A stretch of DNA of 55,939 nucleotides, counting the filler, from Squatina squatina (lineage: Eukaryota): the NCBI GenBank assembly GCA_031763465.1. It is 3 parts of 2 records of this genome, joined end to end, with 100 filler letters (N's around TTAATTAATTAA, not from the genome) between each part and the next. Parts side by side here need not be neighbours in the genome. Positions count along the whole stretch, not along the records: positions 38,512 to 55,939 come from JARFOE010000115.1; 2 more parts are not named here. One strand, 5' to 3'. Under the pieces are notes generated by a model. It made no database searches. It worked only from the letters and a program-made list of their open reading frames with translations, and was not told where the DNA came from. Shown piece after piece: positions 39,049 through 53,994 of this stretch (within the stretch, counting starts at the first letter, position 1; each line of letters starts with the position of its first letter). The translations under genes and the position numbers were made by a program.

Positions 39049-39389
39049 NNNNNNNNNNNNNNNNNNNNNNNNNNNNNNNNNNNNNNNNNNNNNNNNNNNN
39101 NNNNNNNNNNNNNNNNNNNNNNNNNNNNNNNNNNNNNNNNNNNNNNNNACCATGGTCCAACAACCATTCCCATTTAAAAGTTGGACTTTCAATCTGAAGC
39201 ATGCTGAATCATGGTGCAGAATCCAACCTTTCAGTTCAGAGAGATCTGTCCTTTGTGTTAATGACAATGGGCCGATGTTGTTCAACTGATTTTTCCATGA
39301 AAACCCATACTCTTAACATACTGAAATGAAAATAAAGTAACATGGCATCTATGATACTATTAATTTCCAATAAAGGGAGAAAAAGATCA

Positions 39390-39764
<375 letters not shown>

Positions 39765-40051
39765 TCAGAATGGCATTATAAATTGTCTTAGACCTCAAAG
39801 AAAAAAATCAATATGAGTTCTTGCTCTTGAATTGCAGTTTCTCTAATTGTTCTTTGAAGTGCACAAAATGAAAAAAAATATATAATTCTATTTAATCCAA
39901 GTACATTTATCTATAACTAAAAATCTTACATCTGAGCATAATTCTTGTGTCNNNNNNNNNNNNNNNNNNNNNNNNNNNNNNNNNNNNNNNNNNNNNNNNN
40001 NNNNNNNNNNNNNNNNNNNNNNNNNNNNNNNNNNNNNNNNNNNNNNNNNNN

Positions 40052-40264
<213 letters not shown>

Positions 40265-41437
40265 TTAGCTTCTTTAATAGATATTTTCTTTTTTAAACTT
40301 TTTCTAGAACATTCCTTGTGTCACAAGGCAATACTAATCTCCAGTTTTTCTGAAGTAATGTCAGAAACTGAACAATCATGATTTACATTCTAAGATAAAA
40401 CATCATTAATATTACACTGCTGGCATCACACCGATAATAACACATAGTGCTAACTTCCTGGTATGTTGAGTGTTTACTTATCTCTTTCTTGAGTTTGTGA
40501 CTTCCAATTTTTTTTATTAATATGACAACTGACAAATGACAGATTAACATTGACTGTAAACCATTTGTGAAAGACATGCTATAAACCGGTCATGAAATTT
40601 CTGTCACTGTATTTTTAATTACACCTAAGTNNNNNNNNNNNNNNNNNNNNNNNNNNNNNNNNNNNNNNNNNNNNNNNNNNNNNNNNNNNNNNNNNNNNNN
40701 NNNNNNNNNNNNNNNNNNNNNNNNNNNNNNCTTGACAGATCGCTGAGAACTGTCAAAAGTTCAATGAAAGATACACCTACCTGATGGTTGGGGCCTCTCC
40801 AACCTCTTTCCTCGACGTGCCCGGCAATCTACAGAGCCCCGCTCCGAATCTCCAACTCGGGAGGTGGGGGGGCGGGGGCTCCAACACATAAGGTCCCGTG
40901 GATCAAAGACCCTTAGATGAGTACATAGAGATTTTTGCCATCGGAGGCCTCCACACGTAGGAAGCCTCCGATCACAATTTAAGGGCCAGGGACAGTAATA
41001 TTTACTTGGCAGATCAGGACTTTCGCTTCAGCAAGAAACAGGACCTGAAGAACTTCCAAAAGGATAATGGGATAGAGTATCTTCATGAAACTGCTCTGGT
41101 TAGGTCACACTACAAGTTTCTGCCAGAATTCATTTCCATAATCACAAATGTAAAATCTTGGGCAGTGCAACAGAACGCAATTGTTTCTTTTATTTTCTTT
41201 CCATTGAAAAGTATAATAGAAATTGGGCTACCAGAGCACAAACCATCAAATTAATATTTTAGATTTTGATAAGATTCTATAACCCAAGAAATATTGCGTG
41301 TCTGATGTTGATATCATTGTTTTACTATGTAAATCAGTTAATGTATGAGTAACATAATAATGATATTTTGGTTTTATTATGGGTGACCAGAAAATAGATG
41401 TGCGGAAAATGGTACTTTTTTCCTGATAATAGTTTCA

Positions 41438-41722
<285 letters not shown>

Positions 41723-42056
41723 TTAAAAAAGTGAAAGCAAAGTGATTGATATGGAAAACTTTGGCACTTCAATTATGTAGATAAATATCTAAAAGAAACT
41801 TGTATCAATATAGAACAGTAACCTCTGGACTAAAATTTAGCAAGTTTGGCTGCTAAATTTGACTCTGTAGCGCCCGTTGTTTGCGGGTNNNNNNNNNNNN
41901 NNNNNNNNNNNNNNNNNNNNNNNNNNNNNNNNNNNNNNNNNNNNNNNNNNNNNNNNNNNNNNNNNNNNNNNNNNNNNNNNNNNNNNNNAGTACGTAGAGA
42001 TAATTGCAATTGGAGGCGACCGCACACAGGAAGCCTCCGATCGCAATTTCAGGCCC

Positions 42057-42400
42057 ATTACCTTTTATCTCTATCCATATGGATTCTATTTTTGTGTTGC
42101 TGATAGCTGCGTCACTTTTTTCTACTACCATTATGTTATCCCTAATAAGTACAGCTACTCCACCTCCCCTTTTTCCTTCTCTATCTTTTCTGAGTACGTT
42201 ATGCCTTGCAATGTTTACTTCCCAATCCTGATTTTTCTGTCGCTATGTCTCAGTAATCCCTACTATGTCTGATTCCTCGCAACGCATGACTGCCTCCAGC
42301 TCCTCTGTTTTAATATGGGCACTGTGTGCATTGCTGTACAGACAGTTTAACTCAATCTTAATAGGATTTCCTCTCACTTTATGTTTAGCCATCTTTTTGG
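42057..42400 (-). mobile_element. CR1 APE endonuclease fragment
   Basis: LNCLYSNAHS...DIVGITET and IESIWIEIK motifs. Confidence 0.7.
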
Positions 42401-43713
42401 ACTCCTGTTCTATAAATTTATTCCCTTGCCATCAATGTCCTCACTTACCTTATTCTTTCCTATGTTCTCTTTTCCTGTTTTGTTTATATTTAGGCTGGTT
42501 ACTTTTTTTGTGGGTCCCTATATTCATAAACATCAGTTGTTACAAACCTCTTATAATACATATCGGCAATACAGGTCTCTTGTTACTTTACACTCTGATT
42601 ATTAACTTCTCGTTTTAAAAAAGGTTACAAACCACTCATTTAATGCTTTATTCAGTGTGATTACAAACACTTCATTATGATAACCTCTTAAAACAAATCT
42701 ACCATTATAGCATTGTTTGTTACAGATTTTTTGTTTTTACAATTTTCTCATCTGCTCCTCTTACACTGTTCAATAGGCTTCCTGTGCCTGTCTACACAAG
42801 ACTTAAAAATTTTCGACATAATTAGCCCAACGTTTTACCAGCAGTTTGATCTGTATGGGGAGGTGAAAGACACAGCAAAGCCTCTGTTTATTCGGAACTT
42901 GACAGATTGCAAGTTCAGGATTTAGCACATTAAATCCTCAACTTGCATCAGTTTCAAAGATGGTATGAAGGCGTACTCTGACAGTATGCCATCATACCAA
43001 CCGCAAATTCAGGGCCATTGTGTTAAGACTGCAGTTGTACCACAATAACCCAATGCTTGTAAATTGGGTTGAATGGGGAGTGTTAGTGCTAAGACAAAGT
43101 GCCAATGGGTGGCTTTGCACTAAGTGTTGCATGACAAGGATTTAACACTGCAATGTCACATACAGGCATAATGGGTACTGCAGGTAAATGTTGAAACCTT
43201 TAAAAGGCATTTTCCCATTGAAATACTATAGTATGACTTTTCAAAGCATTCTGAAATGAAATATTGCGACCCACTCAGCAATTTTAATACACAACAGTTA
43301 AATAACACAAGTCCTTTTACACGGTGTAAAAGTAAGGGAAGAATGATCTGTGTGATACAGCAGGTAGTAATAAAAGAAGTAATTTGTAATTGAGGAGAGT
43401 TCAAAGCTTCCATGCCTATTTTTTGTTTTCTAAGCACATTCACTGTTGTCAGAAAACAGTAATCATACACTATGCTGTGGCAGCAAATGTAAATAGAATT
43501 TATTCTTGGCACTCAGTAATACTGTACTCATCTTCAGCAGCCATTCCCTACTGCGACAGCAGTGTGCACATTTTGAAGATCACATTACTTCATGTAAGTA
43601 GGATGAAAACATAGGGAAAAGTGGCAGAACTTAATCATTTGATCCTCTAAAGGCTGAAAAATTCTTTGAAAATGTTCAGAAGGATTTAAACCATATACTT
43701 GCCATTGATTTTA

Positions 43714-44025
<312 letters not shown>

Positions 44026-44084
44026 CTACACACCCTGGAAAAGAAAAGAAATCAACATTTTTCATTGAATATTGTTTTTACAAC

Positions 44085-44483
44085 ACAGGAGGTGGCAATT
44101 TGGTTCATCATGCCTGTGTTAGTTTCTTAATTGGAGCGGTGTGCATTTTCCTGCTATTTTCCATTAGCCTCTTATGTTCTTCATTTTCAAGTACTTATCC
44201 AAATCCCATTTATAGTCTCTGTTTCAATATCCACTTATAGTAAGTCATTTCATGGTCTAGAAACTCCGTCACAAAATTGTTCTTCAAACCTCCCACTTTT
44301 TTTTTCATGACAATCCTGAATCTATGCCTCCTTGTTGCAAGTGAAAATGAATTCACTTACCAGCAAAAACAATCCTTCACTATTTATCTCTGAAAACCTT
44401 TCATGATTTTGAAATTTTCCATTCGCAAAGTGGTTAATAACTTGCTTTTAAATTTGTTCAATCCTCCATTTTATGGAAGAAAT
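44085..44483 (-). mobile_element. Old CR1 3' end
   Basis: Reverse complement shows degenerate KIMKGF, LDKYLK and CR1-type 3' UTR. Confidence 0.55.
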
Positions 44484-44654
44484 NNNNNNNNNNNNNNNNN
44501 NNNNNNNNNNNNNNNNNNNNNNNNNNNNNNNNNNNNNNNNNNNNNNNNNNNNNNNNNNNNNNNNNNNNNNNNNNNNNNNNNNNTATAAGAGTGGGGTTTG
44601 TATATACCTACCTGTCTGCCAGGTTAAGTATGGTCCATCAACACACGAAGTTTA

Positions 44655-44819
<165 letters not shown>

Positions 44820-45277
44820 TCATGTTCGGTCTAATTTTGGGTTTAAGCTTCATGCTCAACCTAATTTTGAGAAATATCATAAGTATTACCATCTAAAGGA
44901 TTAGGTATAAACCATCCAAGGTCTATAAATCCTGTTCTATGTTCACAATATGTATACAACTGCAAATAGCTAGAGAATAAATCGGTAGTTTAAGTAGATG
45001 GGATTATAACCCTCAATTGGCTTTAATAAAAATTATAGAAGAAAACTAATTTTAGTTACCTTCCATTGCTTACAGGAGTGTGAATGGCAAGACTGGCACA
45101 AAAAGACTGTAAAGACAGATAGAAAGCATAACAAACCTCTCGGAATAATTCACTACATGTTGCAGTGAGACTCCACAGCTTCACTGGTCCCTTTATGGGC
45201 CTCCAAGGTTGAGTGTCATGTGATGTAGACAGGACTTTCCATGCCACCACCAGCTGTGCTAATCAAGAGTAGATCTC

Positions 45278-45545
45278 TAGGGTTTCCAACCCTCTTACTT
45301 TTGGCAGGAGTCTACTGGAATGGGCGATTGATCTCCCAAGCGCTGCTGCTGGCAACTCGGGAGAAACAGTCCTTGTATTCTTGGTTCGCGCATGCGCAGT
45401 ACCCAGGCTGTTGCAATAAAACCGCGTTGTCTGGGCCCTGCTGATCTCCCCGTTATTCGGAACGCAACACACTGCTTCATTGCCAGTTATAAGGATAACT
45501 GCATTGGGGCCAACTAAAATCTCCTGGAAATGCTGCAAGTCCTGA
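45278..45545 (+). mobile_element. Possible hAT (Blackjack-like) element end
   Basis: Starts TAGGGTTTCCAAC, resembling TAGGGTTGCCA termini; partner TIR not seen. Confidence 0.35.
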
Positions 45546-45549
45546 GAAA

Positions 45550-45765
45550 GCAACTGGGGGTGGGAGAGAGAGTGAGAGAAAAACATAAACTGGGATGGGA
45601 GAGAGAGAAAAACAAACTGGGGAGGGTGAACGAGCTAAACATAAGCTGTAGGGAGAGAGAAATACAAACTGGAGAGAAGGAGAGAGAAACACAAACTGGG
45701 GAGGAAGAGAGACAGAGAGAAACACAAACTGGGGAGGGAGGGAAAAAGCAAAACAAACTGCAGCT
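45550..45765 (+). repeat. Imperfect purine-rich minisatellite (GAGAGAGAAACACAAACTGGG unit)
   Basis: About 7 degenerate units of ~24-33 bp are visible. Confidence 0.8.
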
Positions 45766-46537
45766 AGGAAGAGTTCATATTGGTCTGAGACGTGCGCTGT
45801 TGTATGTGTTTTGTTCTGGGAGTCAGGCAGCTTTGGTGCTTCTCTCTGAGGACTGAGCCTCACCTCTCTGAAGCTGGTGTTGGGGTGTGGGAGTCAGTTT
45901 GATTTTGCTTTTAGTTAATGATTTTAGCACTTGCTGTGTTTTGTAAAAAGGCATAAAATTGTACAAAAACTTTAGAAGTTACTTGTATTAATGATGTATT
46001 TGTTCAATCAATGATATTTACTTGATGTTTTTCATTGTGATNNNNNNNNNNGCTTTGGTGCTTCTCTCTGAGGACTGAGCCTCACCTCCCGAAGCTGGGC
46101 TTCAGCAGTGAGGTGTAGGAATCAGTGTATTGAATTAGGTTTGGTTTTGGCTTTATTTACTATTTTTATAACTTGCTATGTATTGTAAAAAGTCATAAAA
46201 TTGTACAAAAACTTTAGTGAGAAGTTACTTATATTGATGATGTTTTTGTTCAATCAGTGGTTTCTTATTAACACCAGAGAAGTAGTTNNNNNNNNNNNNN
46301 NNNNNNNNNNNNNNNNNNNNNNNNNNNNNNNNNNNNNNNNNNNNNNNNNNNNNNNNNNNNNNNNNNNNNNNNNNNNNNNNNNNNNNNCGGTGCCCAAAAG
46401 ACCGTTCTCAGTCCCGCGCTTTCAATTTAAATTACCCGCGCTCCACTGACGTCACGCGCCTGCGTTTTGTATTTTGTATTTTATTACCCATCCACTCTCT
46501 GCTGAATAAAATATCCATCCAATTCTCTTTTGAGTCA

Positions 46538-46605
46538 CAACAACAACAACAACAACAACTTGTATTTATATAGTGCCTTTAACATAGTTAAACATCCCAA
46601 GGCAA
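46538..46605 (-). repeat. (CAA)n tail of a short L2/SINE 3' stub
   Basis: CAACAACAA...CTTGTATTTATATAGTGCCTTTAA, the same tail as at 7213. Confidence 0.7.
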
Positions 46606-47015
46606 AAAGAGAGAAGGCTGCGGGGTGACCTAATAGAGGTCTTTAAAATTTTGAAAGGTTTTGATAGAGTAGACACAGAGAGAGTGTTTCCACTTGTGGG
46701 GAAGAGCAAAATTAGAGGCCATCATATAAAACAGTCACCAAGAAATCAAACGGGGAATTCAGAAGAAACTTCTTCACCCAGAGAGTGGTGAGACCGTGGA
46801 ACTCGCTACCACACTAGGCTCCATGAGAATGGTTGAAGCGAATAGTATAGATGCATTTAAGCGGACGCTAGATAAGCATATGAGGGAGAAGGGAATAGAG
46901 GGTTATGCTGATGGATTTAGATGAGGAAAGACGGGAAGAGGCTCGAGTGGAGCATAAATGCCAGCATGGACTGGCTAGGCCGAATGGCCTGTTTCTGTGC
47001 TGCATATCCCATGTA
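46606..47015 (+). mobile_element. CR1 3' end
   Basis: RRLRGDLIEVFKILKGFDRVD...RRNFFTQRVV..WNSLP...FKRTLDKHM and a GGCCGAATGGCCTGTTTCTGTGC tail. Confidence 0.88.
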
Positions 47016-48178
47016 ATCCTTTGTAGTATATATATGGTAAAGCAGTACATCCTCTGGCACACTTTGAGCAGCAGTACAAGAGATCATCTGGTACAATAAG
47101 AACAGAGAAATTAAAGAGTTACATTGCTGTGTATGTAAACACAGAGATAAAGCTGAACAATGAGTCAGATTTTGTTCATTTTATTCAATTATTTGAACAG
47201 CCAAGAACTGAAAACTGATCAAAAAGCTGCAAGATATCTAAGGTCATTGTATAGAATTTTAGTAGATAATGGTAGGATGAATTATGTAATATGCAAGAGA
47301 AATATAATGACAAGGTCAGTGCAAAGAATGAGAAGCAGAATCTAGCTTCATAATGTATATGCAACAGATGGCTGCTTAACTAGAAAACAATTCTTTCATT
47401 CTTTTTTTAAAAGCATTAATTTCACAACTGCAGATAATCTGAACTCTAACCAGCTGCCATAGGATTGATTTTCCTAATCCTTCTATTGTAATATAACAGT
47501 TACTCTTCAGCAGCAAAATATTTATTCTACATTTACAGTTTCAAGCACAACACTAAAGACAGCTACAATATAGGCCTGCATGGCAGAAAAAAAACATTCC
47601 AGGGCTTGTAGCAGTTTTCTAACAATATGCACTTAGGAGAAATTAAGCTAAAATCACAGATCAAGTACGCAGGTCCTCGTGCCCACATTAACGACATTGC
47701 CAAATGACAACAGCTAGCTTACAGTGACAGCTCATTTTTTTATGTTGAAGTCAAAAATGTTTGTAATTAAGTCTTGCATCCAGCATTCTTTGTCATGTCA
47801 TACCTTTCAAAGGTATGACCTAAAATTACAGTACCAGTCTCAAACCTGTTGCAACTAAAAAGTGTCACACTTCAGGATGATCAAACATCTAAAGGGCAAA
47901 ATGTGATGAATGAAATAAGGACTTCTGTTAAACTACCTATTAAACATGAAAGAATCAAATGTAGTTGGATTCATTCAATAAGAAACAACGCGGAGCAAGC
48001 AGAAAAAACTAATTGATCAATTTCTTTTTAAAACTACAAATGTCGAATGATCATGCATGCAGAAACCAAGCAATTAACNNNNNNNNNNNNNNNNNNNNNN
48101 NNNNNNNNNNNNNNNNNNNNNNNNNNNNNNNNNNNNNNNNNNNNNNNNNNNNNNNNNNNNNNNNNNNNNNNNNNNNNN

Positions 48179-48395
48179 CGGTGTCTTAGCCAATGTTTAT
48201 CCCTCAAGGAACATACTAAAAAAGATTATCTGGTCACATTGCTGTTTGTGGGAGCTTGCTGTATGCAAAATTGGCTGCTGTGTTTCCTACATTACAACAG
48301 TGACTACACTTCAAAAAGTACTTCAGTGGCTGTAAAGTGCTTTGGGACCGCCAGTGGTCATGAAAGGCACTATATAAATGCAAGTCTTTCTTTTT
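48179..48395 (+). mobile_element. DeuSINE (SacSINE1/AmnSINE1-like) 3' part
   Basis: GATTATCTGGTCACATTGCTGTTTGTGGGAGCTTGC...AAAGGCACTATATAAATGCAAGTCTTTCTTT. Confidence 0.72.
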
Positions 48396-49881
48396 ATTAT
48401 TGTTTTCTTTAAAACTCATATTAACCTTAAAACAGTAGTCACATATGTTAGATAGAAAGTCACATTTGTTGTAATTTAATGATTTTGATTGCCTAATTGT
48501 TGAAAGAGTTAAAGGTTCATTTTAAAAAAACTCAAGAGAAATCTCAAGTAGAGGCACCATACTAACCAAGGAGGGCTGATGTGCTATTTCAGCAGTACAA
48601 TGTTGTCTCTGCAACCAAGTACTGTATTTAAACATAATGAAAGGCAAATTTTAAAGAATGCTATTTGAAAAATTTGGTGCTATTGCTTGGAGGACTTCTA
48701 TTGCTGGAGGCAGACACTGAATACCTGTAAATAGAGATCATAATATATGTGCAGTTTTACAGTATTTCCTCTTCTGCTAAACCACTGCATGTGTCAATTT
48801 CAGGCTAATTTCTTAAATTCAAAATCAACATCAGCAATTTATTTTCTATATTATTGTATCATGGAAACTGTGTGATAACTGTACTACTATAATGAAATTA
48901 CAGCAATAAAAAAATGAATTAAAACTAGACTTTCACAGGGGCTATTAAAAATATAATTTCCAAAAATTGGAAATAGAACAGCAATTTTCAAAACGAGGTG
49001 GAAAGTATTTCAAATAAGATGTATTGTAATATGCACTCTCCAGGCCGCTTTTTTTTCCAATTTCCATCAGAAAAGGAACAAAACCAAGCCCATCCATAAA
49101 GATACATGGCTTTTAACGTACTGCACCGTACCTCATCGCTGTGTTGAATGCTTGTTAAATCTAGCAATGTGAATACCAGCAGTACAGATATGGTTAGATA
49201 TATTCGGCTTAGGACAAAACCATTTATGGTTGTTAAATACGGTACCTCCCTCCAAAATCAGTTGGTTGAGCTTGCGTACTACAGCAATTTCGTTCACCTT
49301 CCCAAGAGATACTGTATTATTTCCTTAAAGATTAATTTTAATCTATCTTTCCAGTACGAACGAAAACATATTTGACTCGACAAGTTGCCATGAAGCAACG
49401 GACTAGTGGAGCAGTACCATAATTTAGCATTAAATCAATGCAAAATGGAAACAAACCTGGAAACATGCACCTGAATTCTACGTTAAATTATCAATTTAAA
49501 AACTACTCAAAAATATGAAATCCGAGCTTAAATTAAACATTTCTATTTTAAAAAAATGAAATTACAGGTACAATTATCTTGATCTGATTAGCTTACAAAA
49601 ATGAATGAGGTATAGATTGCATATTTTATATTCCACTGTTTAATGCATAAAGCCACCGATAAATCATCGTAAAACTTGATGCCTGAAATTAATACATTTG
49701 TTATAATCTTCCAAAAGCAAACTAAGAGTATCAATAAGTATGTTGTACAAAAATATTGTATTACTGAATTTATTAAACATTCAAATCTTTGCATCACGAA
49801 TCATATTTTTAAAAACAGATGGTGAAACCGAGGACTGTTATTCAGCAAAGTGTCACATTTCATTCCGCATGGTGTACACTA

Positions 49882-50091
<210 letters not shown>

Positions 50092-50224
50092 CTAATATTT
50101 CTCTGCCGTCCTTCTCTCCGCCCCAGGCCGACTGCTGCTCCAAATAACGCTTTTAAGAAGAAAAAAATATCTATTAAAATTTCAACAACAACAAAAAAAT
50201 TACGCCCGTTAACTCAAAAGTAGC

Positions 50225-50460
50225 TCAAACAGCGGCACAATAACTACCAATGATGTCAGCTGGATGCAGCACAGCACAGCAGCAAAAAGCGGCCGACACT
50301 GAAGGACGCCGATCGGTTTGTTGGAAGTGATTGCGCGCGCTCGTTACCAGGTGGGAAGAAGCGCTTAGTAACAACGCCGCGGCGGCCGTTGACGGCGGGC
50401 GGGGATAGGACGGCGGCCGCGTGCAATATCGTAAGTGAGGGTGAGACACTTTGCGTGTCC
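50225..50460. promoter_or_regulatory. CpG-rich EML6 promoter/5' UTR
   Basis: Local CpG cluster with a GGGCGG box 150-380 bp upstream of the ATG. Confidence 0.55.
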
Positions 50461-51114
50461 CCTCAAAAAATGTTGCCTTTGTTTTGCCGTGAACAAAAAA
50501 GGAACTTGGTCAATGCACCCCCTAACCCTTTTTTTGCTTTAATTTAACTTTAACAACATTCAGAAATGAGGATTTTTTTTCAATTGTACATCTAATATTT
50601 ATTTAAATTGTATTTTAATTTAATTTAAACATGCCATTTTTATTCAAGTGTAGCTTACTGCGATTCTTGAGGCTCCTAAGGTTCCGGTACACTAGATTTC
50701 CATGTTCATAAACAAACATTCATGTACCAAAAAATCAATCGCGATGAAATCACATCTCTTTCCTTGTTCCAACAACAGATGGTTCTGGGCTGCGCGTTGG
50801 AAGATAATGAGTTGAAATTAAGAAAAAACAAATCAGCTTACAGGAAGAACAACTCCATGAATATCTTCTAATCACAATTTGAAATTACAGAGCATTGATC
50901 TGTCTACAAAACAAATCCTCCCAAGTTGCTGTCTGCATCACACCAAGCATCTTGGCGCTGATCCAGGCCTTGATTCCCTGAGCACTGGAAAACAGCAATA
51001 TCTACAACCAAAATTTTGGTGGAGAAGGGCAAATACAGTAAGTTCAGTAGAGCTGAGGATGAATAAAATTATAATTGATCAGAAAATGCGTGCTGCAGCC
51101 TCAGGCAACGGTAC

Positions 51115-51501
51115 CCACTTAAAATCTGGTTGCAGGCCCTCATCCCTCTTTCTGTCTATGTCGTTGGTACTGATATGGACTACGACCTCTGATTGTTCAC
51201 CCTCCCCCGTAAGAATGTCCTGCAGCTGTTCAGTGACATCCTTAACCCTGACACCAGGGAGGCAACATACCATCCTGGAGTCACATCTGCAGCCACAGAA
51301 ACGCCTATCTGTTCCCCTTACGATAGAATCCCCTATCACGACTGCTCTCCCTCTTTTCTTCCTCCCCTCCTGTGCAGCTGAGCCACTCGTAGTGCCATGG
51401 ACTTGGTTCTGGCTGCACTCCCCCGAGAAACCATCTCCCCCAGCAGTATCCAAAATGGAAAATCTGTTACTGAGTGAGATGGACTCTGGGGACTCCTGCA
51501 T
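51115..51501 (-). mobile_element. CR1 ORF1 fragment (SGNH/GDSL esterase-like)
   Basis: LSNRFSIL...AVVIGDSIVRGTDRRFCG...VCCLPGVRVKDV...VVVHISTND. Confidence 0.88.
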
Positions 51502-51504
51502 TCC

Positions 51505-51750
51505 TGGATACTATAGGCATCAAGGGATATCGGGAGAAAACAGGAATATGGCGTTGAGATAGAGGATCAACCATGACGATATTGAATGGCGGAACAGGCT
51601 TGAAGGGCCGAATGGCCTACTCCTGCTCCTATTTTCTATGTTTCTATGTTTTCCATGGGCTGCAACTTTGCTGGCAACCCTATCATGTGACATTTTGTCG
51701 AACGCCTTTTGGAAGTCCATGTACACATCAACCCTCTCTGTTACTTCATC
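51505..51750. mobile_element. CR1 3' tail (+) abutting a CR1 RT fragment (-)
   Basis: GGGCCGAATGGCCTACTCCTGCTCC with a (TTTCTATG)n tail, then YMDFQKAFDKMSH on the minus strand. Confidence 0.8.
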
Positions 51751-51999
51751 AAATCAGTAATTATTTCATGTAAACGTCTGAAATAAAATGTTTATTTTTG
51801 TGGTTGCAACCCCCTTAAGCCAATTTTCACTTGCTTCACCCACAAGGCGCTGAGAGTAAAAATGGTGGTGCTGTTCTTACTTCCTTGATCTTGTGCATAA
51901 CGTCTTTGCTGCTATTCTGAATGCCATAAAGGCATGAGCAGTCCAAACATTATGCAAGAATATTGGACAGAGGGATGGGGGATTTAACATTGTTTTCAA

Positions 52000-52310
52000 C
52001 TCTCTCAGTGGGTTCAGCAAGGCTATCCGGTGAGTTACTGAGCCATATTGACCAGTGGGTGATAGGTTTATCTCTGATCTACAACTGATTTAGCTGGTTT
52101 CAGCTGAGGTAATGGTGGGGGTGGAGTGGCAGAAATTGGCCTCAGGTCCCTAGATTAAGGAGGTGAACATTAGTGATGGTTTCTGTTCCTGATCTGCATC
52201 TACTGACCTCTCCTGGAATTGGACATGTGTGGCACATTAAGTGAAAATTGGATCGGGCTCACTTGTGATATTCCATCTGGTCAAATAAGCTGCAAACACT
52301 ATCAAGACAT
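52000..52310 (+). mobile_element. LF-SINE-like element, diverged
   Basis: TTAGCTG.TTTCAGC..AATTGGCCTCAG..TCCTGATC..GGATCGGGCTC..TGTGAT; collinear with 31030-31420. Confidence 0.55.
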
Positions 52311-53585
52311 ACACATTGGAGGAGGGGAGGAAAACAATATTAATTTTTGCTCATGCTTCTTCTTTTGCATCACAGCATCTTTTCTTGACTTTCTGCCAGC
52401 ATCAGTGGGAGTGGACATGGTATTGACCGTGTAGAAGATCTCTTTCAAGGCTTACTTTTTTCTTTGTGGATTTTGATTTGTGGACCAGAGATGAATAGTG
52501 CTGACCTCAGGCCAGTACTTCTCCAGTCAGACTGACTGCAGCATCAGTAAAATGGCCCTTTCTGGTAGGTTTTCCAGTCTCAGTTCTGGAGTTTCTGAGG
52601 TTGTACTGGTGAAAAGTTTATTTTCTACAGGGGTCAAGAGGATCATGTCTGACCTGTTAAGGTACCAGCTGTGATTATTACTTATCTGCTGTGATTTATT
52701 TAATACCACTTACTAAACTTCACAATTTGCTAACCAGTGGGTAGCATTGAGGTATTGGGAAAACTTCATCATTTGTAGATGTTCATAAATTCTTTCCATT
52801 GTATGACAGACAGGTCCTTTGGAGGCCGAAAGTACCCTCAAGTGAAAATGCGTTCCCCTCAAGAATGAATAACATTATGGTTATAAACTGTCTGGGCTTT
52901 ACTCATATTGTATATGATGTCTTCTGAACCTTTCCATGCAGCTACTGTCTTGTAATCACTCCCAGATATTTACTTTCATGAATTTAATTGATGTACTTCA
53001 ACATTGGGCCAGATTTTGCTGTCGGAGCACATCCAATGGCATCTGCCATGATTTAGACNNNNNNNNNNNNNNNNNNNNNNNNNNNNNNNNNNNNNNNNNN
53101 NNNNNNNNNNNNNNNNNNNNNNNNNNNNNNNNNNNNNNNNNNNNNNNNNNNNNNNNNNCTCACTTTAATACTTGGTGATAGACTGACTATAAATATTAAT
53201 TATTAATGTTGATTTTTAGAGAGTTGGGCCAAATGCATAATTCATAGTAACTCATAAAAATTAAAAGAACCTAAGATTATCTAAGAAACTGCAAACATTC
53301 TGAATAAGTGAAGACACATAGCTAGGGACACTATAACTCAGTTGCATATTTTGTCAAATCTTAGGATTAATTTGATGGAGACTAGTAGAGAAACTTACCA
53401 CCCTAATCAATTCCGGTAAATTTGTAGTTTTCACTGATGCATGTCCAATTCTCATACTATTGGATTACCTGATTAGAAATTAAATATGAAAGTTGGAATA
53501 ACATTAAGCTTGAAATTAAGTTTGAAGAAGCATCTGGCAACACAAACAATAACTGAAACGAAATCATAGCATAGTAAATTTTAGC

Positions 53586-53994
53586 AGGCCTGAAATAGAC
53601 ATATTTTATGTGTAGGAGAATTGTGTAGTATGGATGCTTTGGCCTTGAAATGTGTTCACTGACCTAGTGGATTTGTCACTCTTCTATTATCTCTAGTCCT
53701 TTTTTGTGAAGTTATTTTGTATTTTCTTCATTCCCTTTTTAATTGAGATCCATCATGTTTGGAGTATCCCGCCGGAGCAGGAAATTTACAGATGTGGCAC
53801 TAGAGACGCTGCTCACATCGGTGGAGAGGAGGAGGGGGCAGCTATTCCCTGCCTCCGGAAGAAGAGCTGCCGCCTCAGTACATCAGGCGAGTTGGCAGGC
53901 TATTGCCAATGAGATTTCGTCCTCGGATGTGGAAGTGTGGACACCTACCCAGTACTGCAAGAAGTTCAACGACTTAACTCGTCTGGTGAGTGCC
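53586..53994 (+). mobile_element. Harbinger element end with Myb/SANT-like first exon
   Basis: TIR-like AGGCCTGAAAT, then MFGVSRRSRKFTDVALETLLTSVERRRGQLFP...WQAIANEI...TPTQYCKKFNDLTRL|GTGAGT. Confidence 0.82.

Noticed and set aside
45477-45863. ORFs with repeated PQFVFLS / ERETQTGE peptides
   Set aside because: Translation of a minisatellite; no splice or domain support.
51079-51501. Host GDSL lipase gene
   Set aside because: It is the esterase-like domain of CR1 ORF1, truncated and flanked by other CR1 pieces.
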